Shown in pieces: positions 1-11,308 of a stretch of DNA of 64,000 nt; positions within the stretch are counted from its first letter, which is position 1, and each line of letters starts with the position of its first letter. Source of the DNA: Fonticula alba ATCC 38817. Taxonomy: Eukaryota > Protista > Nucleariida. Under the pieces are notes generated by a model. That model saw only the letters and a list, made by a program, of their open reading frames with translations, searched no databases and was not told the DNA's origin. The stretch is from assembly GCA_000388065.2 (NCBI GenBank), contig KB932201.1; one strand, 5' to 3'. The translations under genes were made by a program, and so were the position numbers.

Positions 1-363
1 CCCCCCCCCCCCCCCCAGGCCAGGCCAGGCCAGGCCCCCGGCCCGGCGGGCGCGGCGAAAGACGCCAAGATCTCCCCCCAAAACTGATCTCGGTCTCGGC
101 AACCGACGCGAAACTGCCTCCCAGGGGCCGGGGGAAAGCCGACACCCGGTGGGGCGCACCGCAGGGAGCTGGACCCTGGCCGGCGCACTGGGCCCACGGA
201 AAGAATACCCCTCTAAAGGGGGGGGACCCCGCCCGACGGAGTGCCCTCCCCCCGGTGAGCCCCGGCGCCGGCCGGGGCATGGCCGCCAGCCCGATGGCAG
301 GGACAAAGCGGCCAGGCCGGGCCGGCCTTAATCGAGCCTGGAATTAACTCGGGCGTGTGCCCG

Positions 364-2305
364 TCACGCCCCGCGTGACGCTGGCCCAAAGTTTAAAAAG
401 CCACACTCGGCCAGGCTCGCCGCACCGGCGAGCCCGCCCACCAGGCAGGCAAGCGCCATGCCGGGCAGGCGCCGCCCCAAAGCCCGTGCACAGGGCCGGG
501 AAGGGGCCAAAGAGGAGAGGAGGAGGGAGAAGGGCAGCAACATACCGGCCAAAGTGCACTGGAGGAGGCATCGATCCGGGCTCCATGCGTGAAGGAGGCC
601 CTCGGGGGCTGGAACGCGCGCGGGCATGCCAAGAAGCAAGGCGCAAGCGGACGGGGGGATGTGGGTCACACCGGTGTGACCCGGGCATGGAATATGGATG
701 AACCATGTGTTAGGGCGACAGCGACTCCAAGTGGGTGCCTTCACAGTGGTCAGACCCCGGCGCCGGGAGGACACCGATGGGTCACATGCATGTGCATGGG
801 GGCGCGCGCGCGCGCGCGCACCAGGATGCGTCGTCATGGCCGTGGCCTGCACGCGAGCGCACACGTTGGCGCTGCTGAGCGCTGTCGTCGGGGTGGGTAG
901 ACGCTCTCGACGCCGGGGCACGACGCTCACCGGGGGGTGCCAGGAAACCACGGTCGGGGAGGTGCCAGTCGGGGCAGGCGCCCGGACAGCGATTCAAAGG
1001 TGCGAGGGAAGCCGGCGCGGGGCGCGCGTTTCGCAAGCTCCGAGCGGCTCGGCGATCCTGGATGTAGGTGTTGGACGGCCCGCACGGTCGTCAAGGCGTC
1101 GGGGGCTCCCGGCCGGCGGCGGAGAGGCGAGCGCGGGCGGATCTGGCGCGGGCTTCGCGACAGGGGCGCTACCGCGGCAAGAGGGGCGTATACGTGTGCA
1201 AGGCGCCACGAGGGTAGGGCGACAGCGGAGGATGGGCGGCGCAAAGAGAGCAAGAGGAAGCGATGAACTGGGGTGATGAAGGCTGGCAGGGGAGGCTGGG
1301 TCGGCCGGGGTGTGGTTTTTTTTCGGCACATCCCCTTTTCCTGGCCGAGAGGCCCCGAGCACCGGGGTGACCGGCCGCCAGAGCTGCCCGCAAGCCAGCA
1401 ACAGCAGTAGCAGCTGCTGCTGCTGCAACAGAGGCGACAACAGTGCCGTCTAGAGCCTACACCTGGCCGGCGGGCGGCCTTGGCCGGTGCATCTCGCCCG
1501 GGCCGCGCCATGCCCGGGACCTACGGTGCCCTCTCGTCGCCCTCCAGACCGTGTGACACCGCCGAAACTCCCAGCCGGATCCGGCGGCCTGGGATCGGCT
1601 CAACACGCATGGCTACGTGCCATGGCCACAATCGTGGGGCTCGGCGGCCAGGAGCCTCTTACCCGCGTGTGCTCGTCCTCCGCCTCCCGCTGGCCAGCCG
1701 CAGCCCGGGCAGCTCTGCTCCCGGGCGACATTGGCCGTGGCGTCACCGACGCCGGGCGGTTACGTTACAGGGGCCACCCTCTCGTAGCCCCCCCCTCCCC
1801 TGGAGGGGAGCTGAGCTCGGGTGTTGGGGAGCCGAGAGCCGTAGGCTGCTCGCCCCCCTTGCCCCCCTCCCTCCCCCCTGCTGCGCGGGGATATACGCGC
1901 GTGCCGCCCGCCACGGCGCCCCGTGGCCCTTTTCTGCGTTGGCCGCCGGGGCTCCCCCACAACTCATGGTAGCCCACAACACAGCCCCTCCACCAAACCC
2001 CACAAGCGCCAGGTGCTCCATTGCGATGGGGGGGGTCTATTCACCCGGAGGGCGCCACAGGCCAGGGAGGCGGGGTGACACCGGGAGGGTCATCGCCAGA
2101 ATGGCGTTCCATTCTTCAATGATGTCTAGCGAGCTGCGTTGGCTCTTCAAGGGCAGGGAGTGCCGACGGATGGTCCGCCAGCCATCCCGTGGGGCACCTG
2201 TGGGGTAGGCCAGTGCCGGGATTGTTGATGTGCTCCTGGGTGTGATGCGCGTGGGTGTGTGCGTGCGTCTCACCCCGTTGGAGAGGTCCGAAGATGGATC
2301 TACAG

Positions 2306-2340
<35 letters not shown>

Positions 2341-2455
2341 TGTGCGTGTGCGTGTGTGTGTGCACGGCGCCAAGGGGGGAAATAAATAAACACACACACA
2401 CATACACAGCAAAGGAGAGGATGTGTGAAACCGGGCCAGGGCAGCGGCGGGCCAT
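364..2455 (-). other. Possible spliced transcript(s) or small gene(s) of unknown product
   Basis: The minus strand has intron-like segments with canonical ends (2300-2405 GTATGT...TAG with a CA tract; 2236-2273 GTGAGA...CAG), further donor-like sites near 1660 and 930, and C/T-rich tracts like those in introns of the confirmed genes. No recognisable protein results. Confidence 0.25.
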
Positions 2456-2540
2456 GTCCCCTGTGTGCCGGCTCTCGACCACCCCCCCCCCCCCCCCCCG
2501 GGGGGGAGGGGGGAAGGCTCGGCCTGCGTGCTTCCCGCGT

Positions 2541-5500
2541 TCATTCGCGGCGACTTCCGCCGCCGAAGCCAAGGCGCTGGAAGAACCGCCGAGCGGCCCC
2601 GGGTGACGCGGTCGACGCCGCGCCGAGGCCCGCGTCAGGCCCGGCGTCACCACCGCCCGGAGGCGCCCCGGCCACCGGGGTGACGCCTGGCGGTGGGCTT
2701 GTGCTGGCGGCGCCGGGCCCCGGCGGGCCGCCGGCGGCGGCTGGCTCCGACCTGGCCCCGCCCGGCTGGCCGTCCGCACGTAGGCCGACCTGCTGCGCCG
2801 CGTATACGGGCACTGCCGCGCGGACCAGGGCCAGGATCGACTGGTACACGCCGTCCGGGGCGTCGCGCGAATCCGGCTTGCAGATGTCAATGTGGTGGGT
2901 CGGCCGCGCGGTGGCCGCATAGTACCCGATCCCGGGATTGGCCGAGTCCGCCGTCACGGCCATCAGCCAGCGAGAGCTCATCGGCAGCAGCGAGGCCACA
3001 TACTCCAGCATCAGCGGCTGGGTTTCGCTCAGGCTCAGGACCATCAGTGGCGGGGGGAGGGGCGCGCGTGCCGGCCAGGAGGACCCCGGGCCGGCATGGG
3101 GATCGCCCCCGGCCGGCGGATGGTCCCCCGGTGACGGGGCCAGCAGGCCACTGAGTCCGGCCTGGCGCAAGCGCGCCGACAGGCGCAGGACCCCCGGGCC
3201 CGAGGCGCCGGCCGGCTCATCCATGCCGCCGGCCCCGTGGCGCCGGTAGAACCGGTCGACCATCTGCGCCAGGGAGGCCGCCGCGGCCCGGCGATCGGCC
3301 GACGCCGGCAAGCCCAGCAGGTCCGCCCGCTCCGACAGGGCGAGCGCCGCCCCGGCGGCAGTCAGCCGCCCGCCGGCCGCCACGCCCGCCGCCGGGCCGC
3401 CGGCCTCCTCGCAAGGCCCGGCCAGCACCGGGTCCGACTGCAGGGGCACATGCTGCAGCCCCGGGGCCTCCGGATGGCTGGACAGCCCGGCTGCCTGGCG
3501 TCGGAGGGCATACAGCTCGGTGAACCGGGCGTTCAGCTGCGACAGGTGGTCGGCCCCGTAGGCCAGCAGGGCCACATCCCGGCTGGGCATGGCGATCCGC
3601 CGGCCGAGGGCCCATCGCGAGGCCCACGCCGCATGGTGTGACCCAAAGTGCGGCGTCGCCAGGAACACCACGCCGACCGTCTGCGCGGCCAGGCCATCCA
3701 GCGGCCGGTCAGCCGCACGCGCGCCCCGGCCCGCGGCGCTGGCCACATCCCCACCGACACCATCATCACCGCCGGCAGTCGGCCGGGCGTCGGCCGCCGG
3801 CGGCCGGGCCCCGGCGTCGTGGCCCTCCTCCTCCGCCTCCGCGGCCGGGGCCAACATCTCCTTGACGATGAGCCCGCCCATGGAGTGTGCCACGAAGACC
3901 ACCGAGCGCCCGCCCTCCGGCGGGGCCGCCCACCCGGGCCCGGGCCCGGCCCCGGCTCCGGCTCCGGCTCCGGCGCCGACCCCAGCCAGGCCCAACTTCC
4001 GCCGGAGCATCCGGGCCCGGGCCTGCAGCCAGTGTGCCCCGTCGTCGGCCTCCTGCTGCTGGGAGGCGGTCGGGGCGTCACCGGCTGCGCCGGCCGACGA
4101 GATGCCAGCGCCACCGGCAGCCGGGTCGCCCCCGGGCCGCGGGGGCACATCGTCGACGTGGCCCGCGCCGGAGCGGCCTCGCAAAAACCGCGACCACGGG
4201 CTGGTCAGCGCATCCTCCCAAGACCCGATGGCCTGGCGCAGGTCGCGGAACAGGGAGCCCCCACCGGCCTCCGGGCGATTGGCCGACGCCGGGGCCATGT
4301 CCGACTCGACGGCCGCCGCGGCCTCCAGGCAGCTGTAATGGCCATCGTCCAGGGGGGCGGCCGTAGCAGCAGCAGCAGCAGCAGCAGCAGCAACTGCCGG
4401 AGCAGTAGCAGGAGCGGCAGCGACACCGGCACCCCGGACAGACGTCGCCCCGGCCGCAGGAGAGCCCGCCACATTGGCGGTGGCAGTGGCCACTGCGGCC
4501 GCGGCGACGGCCGCCGCGGCCGCAGCCGCCGCCGGGGCAGGATCCGCCCCGCCACCCGCCGCATTCAGGATGGCCGTGACGACCGTCAGCTCCGGGCTGG
4601 TGACATTGGCGTTGGGGTCGCCGCCGCTGGCCGCCTCGACGGCCACCGTGGCCGCCTCCACGTCGAGCGCCGCCTCGCGCCCGGGGGCCAGGGCCGCATT
4701 CGGATCGAGTGGGTGCGCGGCGCCGCCACCGGCCTGCTGCTGCGGTTGCTGCTGCGGCTGCTGCTGCGGCGGCTGCTGCGGCTGCGGCCGTTGCGGCGGC
4801 TGAGCCTGGGACCGTGCCTGCGGGGGCGACTGGCGCTCCTCCTCCGGGATGGCCCCGAGGAGCTGCACCGACAGGGGGTCGGCCCGGGCCCGGCCGCTGA
4901 CCGAAGTCTCATACCCAACGGCGATCAGCCGCGGCCGCTCGACCACCAGCTCCTCGGACCACACGCCCCCGCATGCCAAGCAAGCCAGGGTCTGGGCGCA
5001 ACTCTGGGGATGGCAGTGCCGCTGGGCGTGGGGACCGGCGCGGGCCACCAGCAGGCGCTGCCGGGCTGACAGCGCCCGCGAGGGGTCCCGGCCGGCTGGG
5101 GCGTCCTCGTGCCCGGCCGGCCCGGGCGCCCGGGCCGCCACCAGCGGCACATCCCCCTCGCCAAAGTGATACACATACCGGCCGTCGCACATGACGGGGA
5201 AGGGGCGCCCCCCGGCAGGGGTGGCCAGACGCCCATCCGGCAGAACACCGCCCGGCAGCAGCTGGGCACCGGCCTCCGGGGGGGCTGCGGCGCCGTGCGG
5301 CCGCTCCGGCAGCCCTGGCCCCGGGGCCAGCGGCAGCGCCACCTCCGCATACAGCGGGTCATACATGTCGTGGAAGAGGGCCGCCCCAAATTGCCCACCC
5401 ACGCGCCATGCGAAGGACAGGCTGGACTGGTCCAGCTGCTCGGGGGTTAGCCCGCGCAGCGGGGCCCCGGGGACCAGGACGGAGGTGGGGCTGTCGGCTT

Positions 5501-8500
5501 CGGCAGCGGCCGCCAGCCGCCGCTGGCAGCACCGGCACCGGCTGGCTGCCCGGCATCCGGCCCCGGCCGCGTCGTGGAAGCACCGGTGGTCCATCTGCCG
5601 GCGGATGCACGCATGCGTCAGGTCATCGATCAGCCAGGCGCACGGCCAGCTGGACACCTCCGGCGAGGTGCCGGTGCCAGGGGCCGCGCCCGGGCCCGAC
5701 GCACGGCGGTCCCCCCCGCGCCAGGTCCACCCCACGCTGCCGAGCAGCCCATGCACGAACACCACGTCGCAGGTGAGGACCTCGCGTGTGGGGCGCGGCC
5801 GGGCCCCGGGCGCCCGGCCGGGCTTCTCCCCGCCAGGGCTCAGGGCCAGCTCGCTCGGCAGGAGCCCGGTTCGAAGGGCCCGCGCCGCGCGTGACCCCGG
5901 GCCGGGAGTCCACTCGAAGACGCCATCGGCAAAGAGGGGCCGCAGGCGCCGGGCCCCCGGGTGCGGGCCACCGACCAGCGGCCCGGGCTGGCCCGACCCC
6001 AGGGCGATGCCCGCCGAGGAGGCGCCCGAGATGGCGCGACCCCCGGCCAGGCCATTGCCCATGTGCCGGGACATCGGCCCGGGGGCGGTCGACTCCGCAT
6101 GCCGGGACCGGACCCCATTGGCCGAGTGGCCACCGGTCAGCGGGATGGCGGCCCGCGAGGCGAACCCCCCTACCGCCGCGGCCAGCCGGCGCTCCTCCAC
6201 CGACAGGGAAGATTCCACGGTCAGCCCGGAGAGCAAGCGAGCCAGCTGGCCGGAAAAGCCCGGGGCCAGGGGCGCCACGGCGGCCGGCCCGGCCGCCGAG
6301 GGGCCGGCATCCCCCGGCAGGGGGACCTCCGCATCCCGGTCCAAGAGCAGGCCATCCGCCGGGAGGGTGTGCTCCTCCGCCGGGGGAGCCGTGGCGGCCG
6401 TGGCGGAGGCATCGCCGACCGGCGCCACCGCCCCATTCGAGCGCCAGCGCTGGCCAACACGCCGGAGCCAGGCGACAATGGCCGCGGCGGCCAGGCGGTC
6501 CGGGCCACGACCGCCCGACTCGGACACCGAGTCCCTCGGGCCATAGGCCTCGGCATCCAGGTCCGCCGACAGGGCAGCCGGGCGATGGAGATGGTGGTCG
6601 ATGTTCACCAGGGCCCGGCGCGCGTGCAGGCCGCGCGTTTCGGCATTGATGCGCAGCAGGAGCGCCGCGCGGGCGGCCGCGGCCCCGGCCGGGGTGTCGG
6701 CCGGCGGAGTGTCCCCCGGCACCGGGGCCGGGCCGGCCGAGGCAATCGACGCCGTGGCCTCCCGATGCCACTGGCGCAGGACCATCATGAAGCCCGGCGA
6801 GGCGGCCACCGCCAGGGCGGCGCTCGGGTGCAGGCACAAGTTGGCCAGCAGCCGCGCCACCGCCGTCTCCAGGGCCACGCAATTCCGGTAGAGCTCCACA
6901 TCGGCCAGGGGCCCGGCATCCGGGCCCGGCTGGGCCAGGTGCGCGCGCTCGGCCTCGCGCCGGGCCCCGGCCGTGGCGAACAGCAACGATCGAACCACCT
7001 GCAGGCCGCCATCACGCACAAACCGAAAGGCATATGCCTCGGCTTGCGAGGGGCTGCCCAGGACGGCGCCGCCGGCAGCCTCGTTGTGGCCGTTGCCACT
7101 GGCCAGCGCATCGACCCCGGGAGATGATGCCGTCGAGCCCGGCCACTGGGAGGGATCCGCCCCGAGTGGGGAGGAAGCCGCGTCGAACAGATGCGACAGG
7201 ACATGCAATGCGCGCACCGCATCCAGGAAATCCCACTATCGGGCGAAGGCAATGGGACGAAGGTAACGAGGCGAAAGGTCAGTCGGAGAAGAGGACAAGT
7301 GGAAGGGAGGGGATCAAGGGGGCTTTGCTGCGGCCGCTGCTGCTGCTGCTGCGGCCGCTGCTGCTGCTGTTGCTGCTGCTGCGGCCGCTACTGTTGCTGC
7401 TGCTGTGGCCGCTGCTGCTGCTGTTGCTGCTGCTGCGGCCGCTACTGTTGCTGCTGCTGTGGCCGCTGCTGCTGCTGTTGCTGCTGTTGCGGTCGCTGCT
7501 GCTGCTGCTGCTGCTGTTGCCTCGCTTGCAGGCCTCGCGCATGCGTGCCAGCATACCTGCCACATGGCATCCCCGGCGTCCGGCTGCTGAGCCAGGCCGG
7601 CCGCCGCCGAGGCCAGGGCCAGCTGCGCGTCGTCCGGGGAGCTGGACACCTCTTCCAGGGGCTCAGGGCCGCCTTCGGCCACCGGGGCATCAAGCCCCCC
7701 GGCCAGGGGCCCCTCCATGCCCGCCAGGTCGTCGGTCGGCTGGCCATCCTCCGGGGCCCACACCGCGTGGAAGGCCCAATCGTCGATGGCCGGGGCAAAG
7801 GACTCCGCCGGATAGTGGTGATAGATGGCCGGGGCCCCGGGAGCCTCCGGGGGGTCGAGGGTCGGATCGCGCGACCCGGCGCCTCGGCCCGCAATGCGCG
7901 CCGACTCCGAGGACAGCGCCTCGAAGAGGATGGTCCGAACGGTCGGTCGCGTGCCGGGCAGGAGGGTGGCCGCGTCGACCGACTCATCATCCGATGAGGT
8001 TTGCAGGAACCTGCCGGCCGTGGCGTCGAACAGCCGCTTCATGAAGGAAACCCCGCCGTCGGAGCCGGCCCCAGCCCCATCCGAGTCCCCATCGGCCGGG
8101 TCTTCGTCCAGCGTGGAGAAGGAAAGCTCCTGCAGGAGCCCGGAAAAGAGGCGCCGCACGTCCTCGACCCCGGGCAGAAGCTCGGCCCGGTGTGAGGCCG
8201 CCGTCGAGCCGCACCAGGCCCGATGCCGGAGCAAGGCCCCATAGAGGTCTCGGTCGCCGGGGGCCGAACTGCGCGCCAGCAGGGACAACCCCGGCTCCGG
8301 TCGGCAGGTGCATGCCTCGGCCAGGGCCACGCGCAGGGGCATGTGCGAGGTGTCCGAAGACAGGACGCTCAGCGGCCGGAAGAGGAACTCCAGATCCGAG
8401 GGGAGAGCCGGCGGTCGGGCATCCCCGGCCAGCAGATGCTGGGCCCCATGCCGGCGGAACATCGGATGATAGGCTGGCATTGACAGTCAGGAGAGTTGGG

Positions 8501-8593
8501 ATGGGGGAATGCGAAGGAGGCAACCAATGTCAGGGCAGGTGGGACATCCTGGCCGGGCGGAATAACGACAGGAGCAGGAGCACGAGCACGAGG

Positions 8594-8634
<41 letters not shown>

Positions 8635-9309
8635 GGACAAACTCGGAAAGTGCCCGGCAAAAATGTGCATACCCAGTCGTGGCACATCCTGCGACCCGGC
8701 CAGGAAGGGCAGCAGCCATCCGAGAGTGCCGGTCCGGTGGCCGAAGTCCACAAGCCAGCCGGCACGCAGGGCCTCGGCTGTCAGGGCCCGGTCCACCAGG
8801 CGGAAGCCCAGGGCCGAGTCCAGCGGCAGCGGAAGGCTCCGGGCCAAGCGCCAACGCAGCCCTTGGAGCGGGTCTTCGGCCAAGACCCCGGGACCGGGGG
8901 GGGTGCGCCGGGCGCCGGGAGGCCGACGGCCGGGGCTCGGCATGGCCCCGGCCGTCTGGATGGCATCCAGCACTTGACGCGTGGAGTCCAAGCCGGGGCG
9001 CGGATGGAATCCCGCCACGGGGGGCAGGCCCTCCACCCGGCGGAGCAGGGCCAGGAGGGCCGCCGCCGAGGCGGCCGGGCTGGAAAAAATGGACATCGCC
9101 TCGCCGAAACGCGACTCGGCATACTCGATGGACCCGGACTGGAACCACAGCTCGAGCGACCGCCGGAGGCGATTAACCTGCGGCACACATAGGGGCGCCA
9201 GACAATCGGCGAGATGCGGAAAAGGGCAACCGGAGGTCAATGAGGGCTGAAGGGGGCGGGGGAAGGGGGGGGACAGAGAGCGAGAAAGAAAGAAAGAAGC
9301 GGCACGAGA

Positions 9310-9364
<55 letters not shown>

Positions 9365-10343
9365 CCAAATGTGCACGCATGCACCATCGTGTGTGTCGGT
9401 TCACCGGTCCGCGGGCAGGGAGTGCCCAGAACCCGGCTGAGGAAGAGATCCGGCCGGTGGACGAGCAGGCGCCACGCGTCGGCATTCGGGCCGGCCAGGG
9501 CAGGATCGCCAGCGCCGCGTGCCCCGGCCACGAGGAGGGCCTCCAGTTGGCGGACATCGGCCTCCGGGAAGAGGGCTGGGCCCGGGCCGAGGGCGGAGGC
9601 GGCAGTCGTGCCGGACCCATGCCCCGCCGTGCGTCTCCGATAGAGCCAGTCCGATGCCCGGAGGAAGGCGTCACGCAGGGACGAGGACAGCAGGTCGCCC
9701 ACCGGAATGAAGGAGGTCGGATTGCTGTCCGGAGCCGGGCTCGGGCCCGGGGCCGGGGCCGGGGTGCCGGCAGTGGACACCGGCTCCGCAGTGCCGGCCG
9801 ATATGTGGTGGCTTTCCGGCAACCGATCGGAACAGTGCAGGGCTCGGGGAACGGCCGCGGTGGGGGCTGTGGCGGCGGCCAGGAGGAGAGCGAGGCAGAG
9901 GGCGGCCGCGCGCCGGTGGCGCAAGAGGGCGATCTGCTGCCTTACCCGGTGCATTTGGGTGGCATTGGGACGGCGCAAGGGGAGCGAGAAAGGAGCGAGA
10001 GGAAAGAGAGTGAGCCCGGTAGAGCCGGAGCAAGCAAGACAGAAGAGGGTGGAGGATCTCTGAGGAGCACCCGGGTGGCTGGGGGCAGGACATGGTCAGA
10101 CAAAAACACCGTGCTCACGGCAATCCAGACTGCCCGGCCCCGGCGGGGGCGCGCGATCGCCGCGCGGGCCGGCGACCACTTTTTGTCTTGGCGGGGGGGG
10201 GGGGGGGGCGGGAGCGTGTGGCTCTCGATCAGCCCCTGCCCGGACCGGCCAACAGCGTGACGACTGTCCAAAATGTGTCGGATCTGGGCAACAGATGCAG
10301 AGAAGGGGCGAGGGAACGGCCTCAATAATAATATCCCCGACAT
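2541..10343 (-). CDS. SERAC1: SERAC1-like alpha/beta-hydrolase (phosphatidylglycerol remodelling lipase/transacylase family), ~2,300 aa, 5 exons
   Basis: Motifs DVVFVHGLLGS..TW, WP..WL..D, RLIAVGYETS, VVFVAHSMGGLIVKEML (nucleophile elbow), GVVFLATPHFGS and HIDICKP occur in SERAC1 order. Introns 7236-7556, 8474-8672, 9178-9384 and 9937-10118 give an intact 6,894-nt frame. The start MSGILLLRPFPRPFSASVAQIRH resembles a mitochondrial presequence; the first intron and start are less certain. Confidence 0.85.
7327..7520 (+). repeat. Compound (CTG/TTG)n trinucleotide array with a 54-bp higher-order unit, intronic
   Basis: gcggccgctactgttgctgctgctgtggccgctgctgctgctgttgctgctgct occurs about twice (7381-7488) within the SERAC1 intron 7236-7556. 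Confidence 0.9.
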
Positions 10344-10838
10344 ATGTGCAAATACATCCCCCGCCCCGCCCCACCCCCTTGAACTTCCAGGATATTCTCA
10401 CGCCGTCCGGGACCCCGGCACCGCGCCAGCTGGGCACAGGGGATGATGATGATGACGACGACAGGAGCCCCTGGCACCGACCACGCCACCGCGCCCACCC
10501 CAAGATGTGCGGTCGCCGAGCGCGCGCGCAGCAGGACACGCGTGCGCCTCGCTGGTTCGCTCCGCACCATGGGGCGACATCGCGGCCGGGCGCACACGAG
10601 CCGGTGTGCCAGCATGTCCCCCNNNNNNNNNNNNNNNNNNNNNNNNNNNNNNNNNNNNNNNNNNNNNNNNNNNNNNNNNNNNNNNNNNNNNNNNNCCCCC
10701 CCCCCCCCCCCCCCCCCCCGTCCCCCCGGCCTCGCCCCCCGTCCCTCTGGTTGTTTCCTCCCCGGGGTCCCTTGGCAGGTGGCAGGCAATGGCGCATGCC
10801 AACGTATGGGGAGCGCACGTGTATTCCACCTGATCGGG

Positions 10839-11277
10839 TCATGCGTCATCGGGCTCGTCCACCGAAAAGGCCGCATCCGGTACCAGGGGGTCCAGCTGCT
10901 TCCAGGCGCTGTCTAGCAGGGTGGGGCAGTCATCCGAGTGCAAGCCAAGGCCTGGGAGGGCGAAGGGGACAGAGAAAGAGAGAAGGAGAGGGGAAGAGGC
11001 CGGCAAAAGAGGCCGAGAGGGTGGGCGGGGGAGAGGGAGCCGGGGTCAGAAGGATGGTGGGAGGAAGGAGGGCGCCGCAGACTGGGCGCATACACCTGGG
11101 GCTACGTACTGGCGGCAAGGAAGAGGGCATTGGCGGTGAGCGACCCGCCCGTCGCGTCGAGCAGGCCGGCCACATCGCGCGCCAGGCGAGCCTTGGCCCA
11201 GGCCGGGTCCGAGCGAGAGAAGAGGTTCCCCGGTGTGAAGATTGACCGTGCCAGGGGAAGCCTGTGCGGCATCAAAG

Positions 11278-11308
<31 letters not shown>

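Noticed and set aside
3217-7127. Many long antisense or alternative-frame ORFs (100-500 aa) overlapping the real genes throughout the window
   Set aside because: They are stop-poor shadows of high-GC coding sequence, Arg/Pro/Gly-rich with no recognisable domains.
9178-9384. Stop-free 3n introns (also 44653-44775 and the (ATGCAC)n segment near 16370-16410) that let ORFs read through
   Set aside because: These are expected in short GC/CT-rich introns; they have canonical splice sites and microsatellite content, and nothing indicates regulated retention.
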